Assembly (NCBI GenBank): GCA_963807745.1
Contig: CAWECF010000003.1
Coordinates: 763,895 to 827,894, forward strand
Direction: 5' to 3'
Length of the DNA stretch: 64,000 nucleotides
Source: an uncultured bacterium
GTDB taxonomy: Bacteria; Actinomycetota; Thermoleophilia; Solirubrobacterales; 70-9
Positions 63,201 to 64,000 of this stretch are shown piece by piece; the first letter of the stretch is position 1; each line of letters starts with the position of its first letter. The position numbers and the translations under genes were made by a program. The notes beneath the pieces are model-generated. The model saw only the letters and a program-made list of their open reading frames with translations. It made no database searches and had not been told where the DNA came from.

Positions 63201-64000
63201 TCAGTCGTCGATCGATCCCGTTCGCCAGGTAGCGGGCGAACCCGAAGTCGCCGTCGCCGATGCCGGCGGCGACGATCACGTCCTCCTTGCCGATCGCGAG
63301 GCCCTGAATGAGGTCCACGTTGCCGGCGAAGTCGGTCGTGGTGGCTCCCTTGAAGCCGAACGACTGATCGAGCTTCCCCTTCCTGGTGAAGCGGGCGAGC
63401 AGGAACTCGAGGTCGCCAACCCTGACCGCGCCGCCTACCACGATCCCGCCGGCCTTCTGGATCCCGATGTTCTCGAGCCTGGTGTCGATGCCGAAGTCCC
63501 GGAGCGCGAGCCCCTTCTTGCCGAACTTCTTGTCCTTCTTGCCGCTCTCCTTGACGGCGGAGACTCCGTAGTTGACGTCGGGCCCATCGAAGATGCCGAC
63601 TGTGCCCAGGACCCGGCCGCCCTTTTCGACCGCAACGTCTTCGACTCTGGTACTGGCTCCCTTCACCTTGCGGGTGAAGATCCCGTCGCCCGAGAACGAC
63701 TTGTCGAGCTTTCCGCCCTTGGTGACGCGCGCAAAGAGCTGACTGCCGTTGTCGCCCATCTCGATGCCGGAGGTGTCCCCGGCAACCACGATCCGGTCGT
63801 CCTTCTGGATGGCCGCAGCCGCAAGGCTCGTTCCGTCCTTGACGCCGAATTTGAGAAGGCCCTTCTTGCCGAACTTCTTGTCCAGCTTCCCGTTGGGCCT
63901 GACCCGCGCCACCAAAGCGTCCTGGCCGTCGTTGGCGCCCTCGATCGAGCCCGCCACCACGATCTTCCCGTTGTCCAGAAGCTCCATGTCGTCGATTCCC
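63201..64000 (-). CDS. Delta-60-repeat (beta-propeller-like) protein, 5' end outside window, 3' end uncertain
   Basis: Repeats of the type GKIVVAG...ARV.PNGKLDK.FGKKG. The frame is open to the window edge. The in-frame stop is only at 62980, but the last about 75 codons are Arg/Pro-rich shadow sequence. A one-nt shift gives NGSIDD-stop at 63201. Confidence 0.6.

Overview
This is a GC-rich bacterial chromosomal segment; third codon positions are almost all G/C. It carries actinobacterial hallmarks: GAAC-N4-GTTC LexA boxes, frequent GTG/TTG starts, many ATGA/GTGA/TTGA stop-start overlaps, and a leaderless-looking promoter. Gene content suggests a deep-branching Actinomycetota lineage, but that cannot be proven from the sequence alone.

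I support about 75 protein genes, RNase P RNA (rnpB), tRNA-Leu(GAG) and tRNA-Gly(CCC).

Main content by function:
- Housekeeping and DNA damage: lexA, glnA, secG, rnpB.
- Proline catabolism: proline dehydrogenase plus P5C dehydrogenase.
- System I cytochrome c maturation, split between two loci: ccmE-ccmF plus a CcmI-like stub, and tlpA-like plus ccmH.
- A DUF1800/DUF1501/cupredoxin operon.
- Two Ca2+ antiporters.
- An ArsA/Get3-like ATPase.
- A zinc-ribbon/adenylate-cyclase/STAND/TPR giant.
- Two paralogous M23 peptidases.
- A CarH/LitR-type B12 photoreceptor regulator.
- Many small-regulator/enzyme pairs (MarR, LysR, TetR).

I saw no transposase, integrase, phage gene, CRISPR array or recognisable toxin-antitoxin or defence module.

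Most unusual observations:
1. A tightly coupled operon headed by an ECF sigma factor fused to its own ZAS-type anti-sigma, transmembrane and Pro-rich tail. It is followed by secreted multi-beta-sandwich proteins and a membrane-anchored protein of unknown function.
2. At least 8 reading-frame breaks between about 36.1 and 44.6 kb. They affect an RTX/beta-helix adhesin-like gene, the tlpA-like gene, bcp, and the operon in point 1. These are either real gene decay or assembly indels.
3. A 42-nt palindromic element present in two distant intergenic sites.
4. A CcmE whose heme-binding His is replaced by Cys.
5. A candidate small RNA, and conserved upstream blocks at the M23 paralogs.

All domain calls rest on motif recognition by eye in the supplied translations. 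No database or HMM search was possible. Start codons and RNA ends are approximate.
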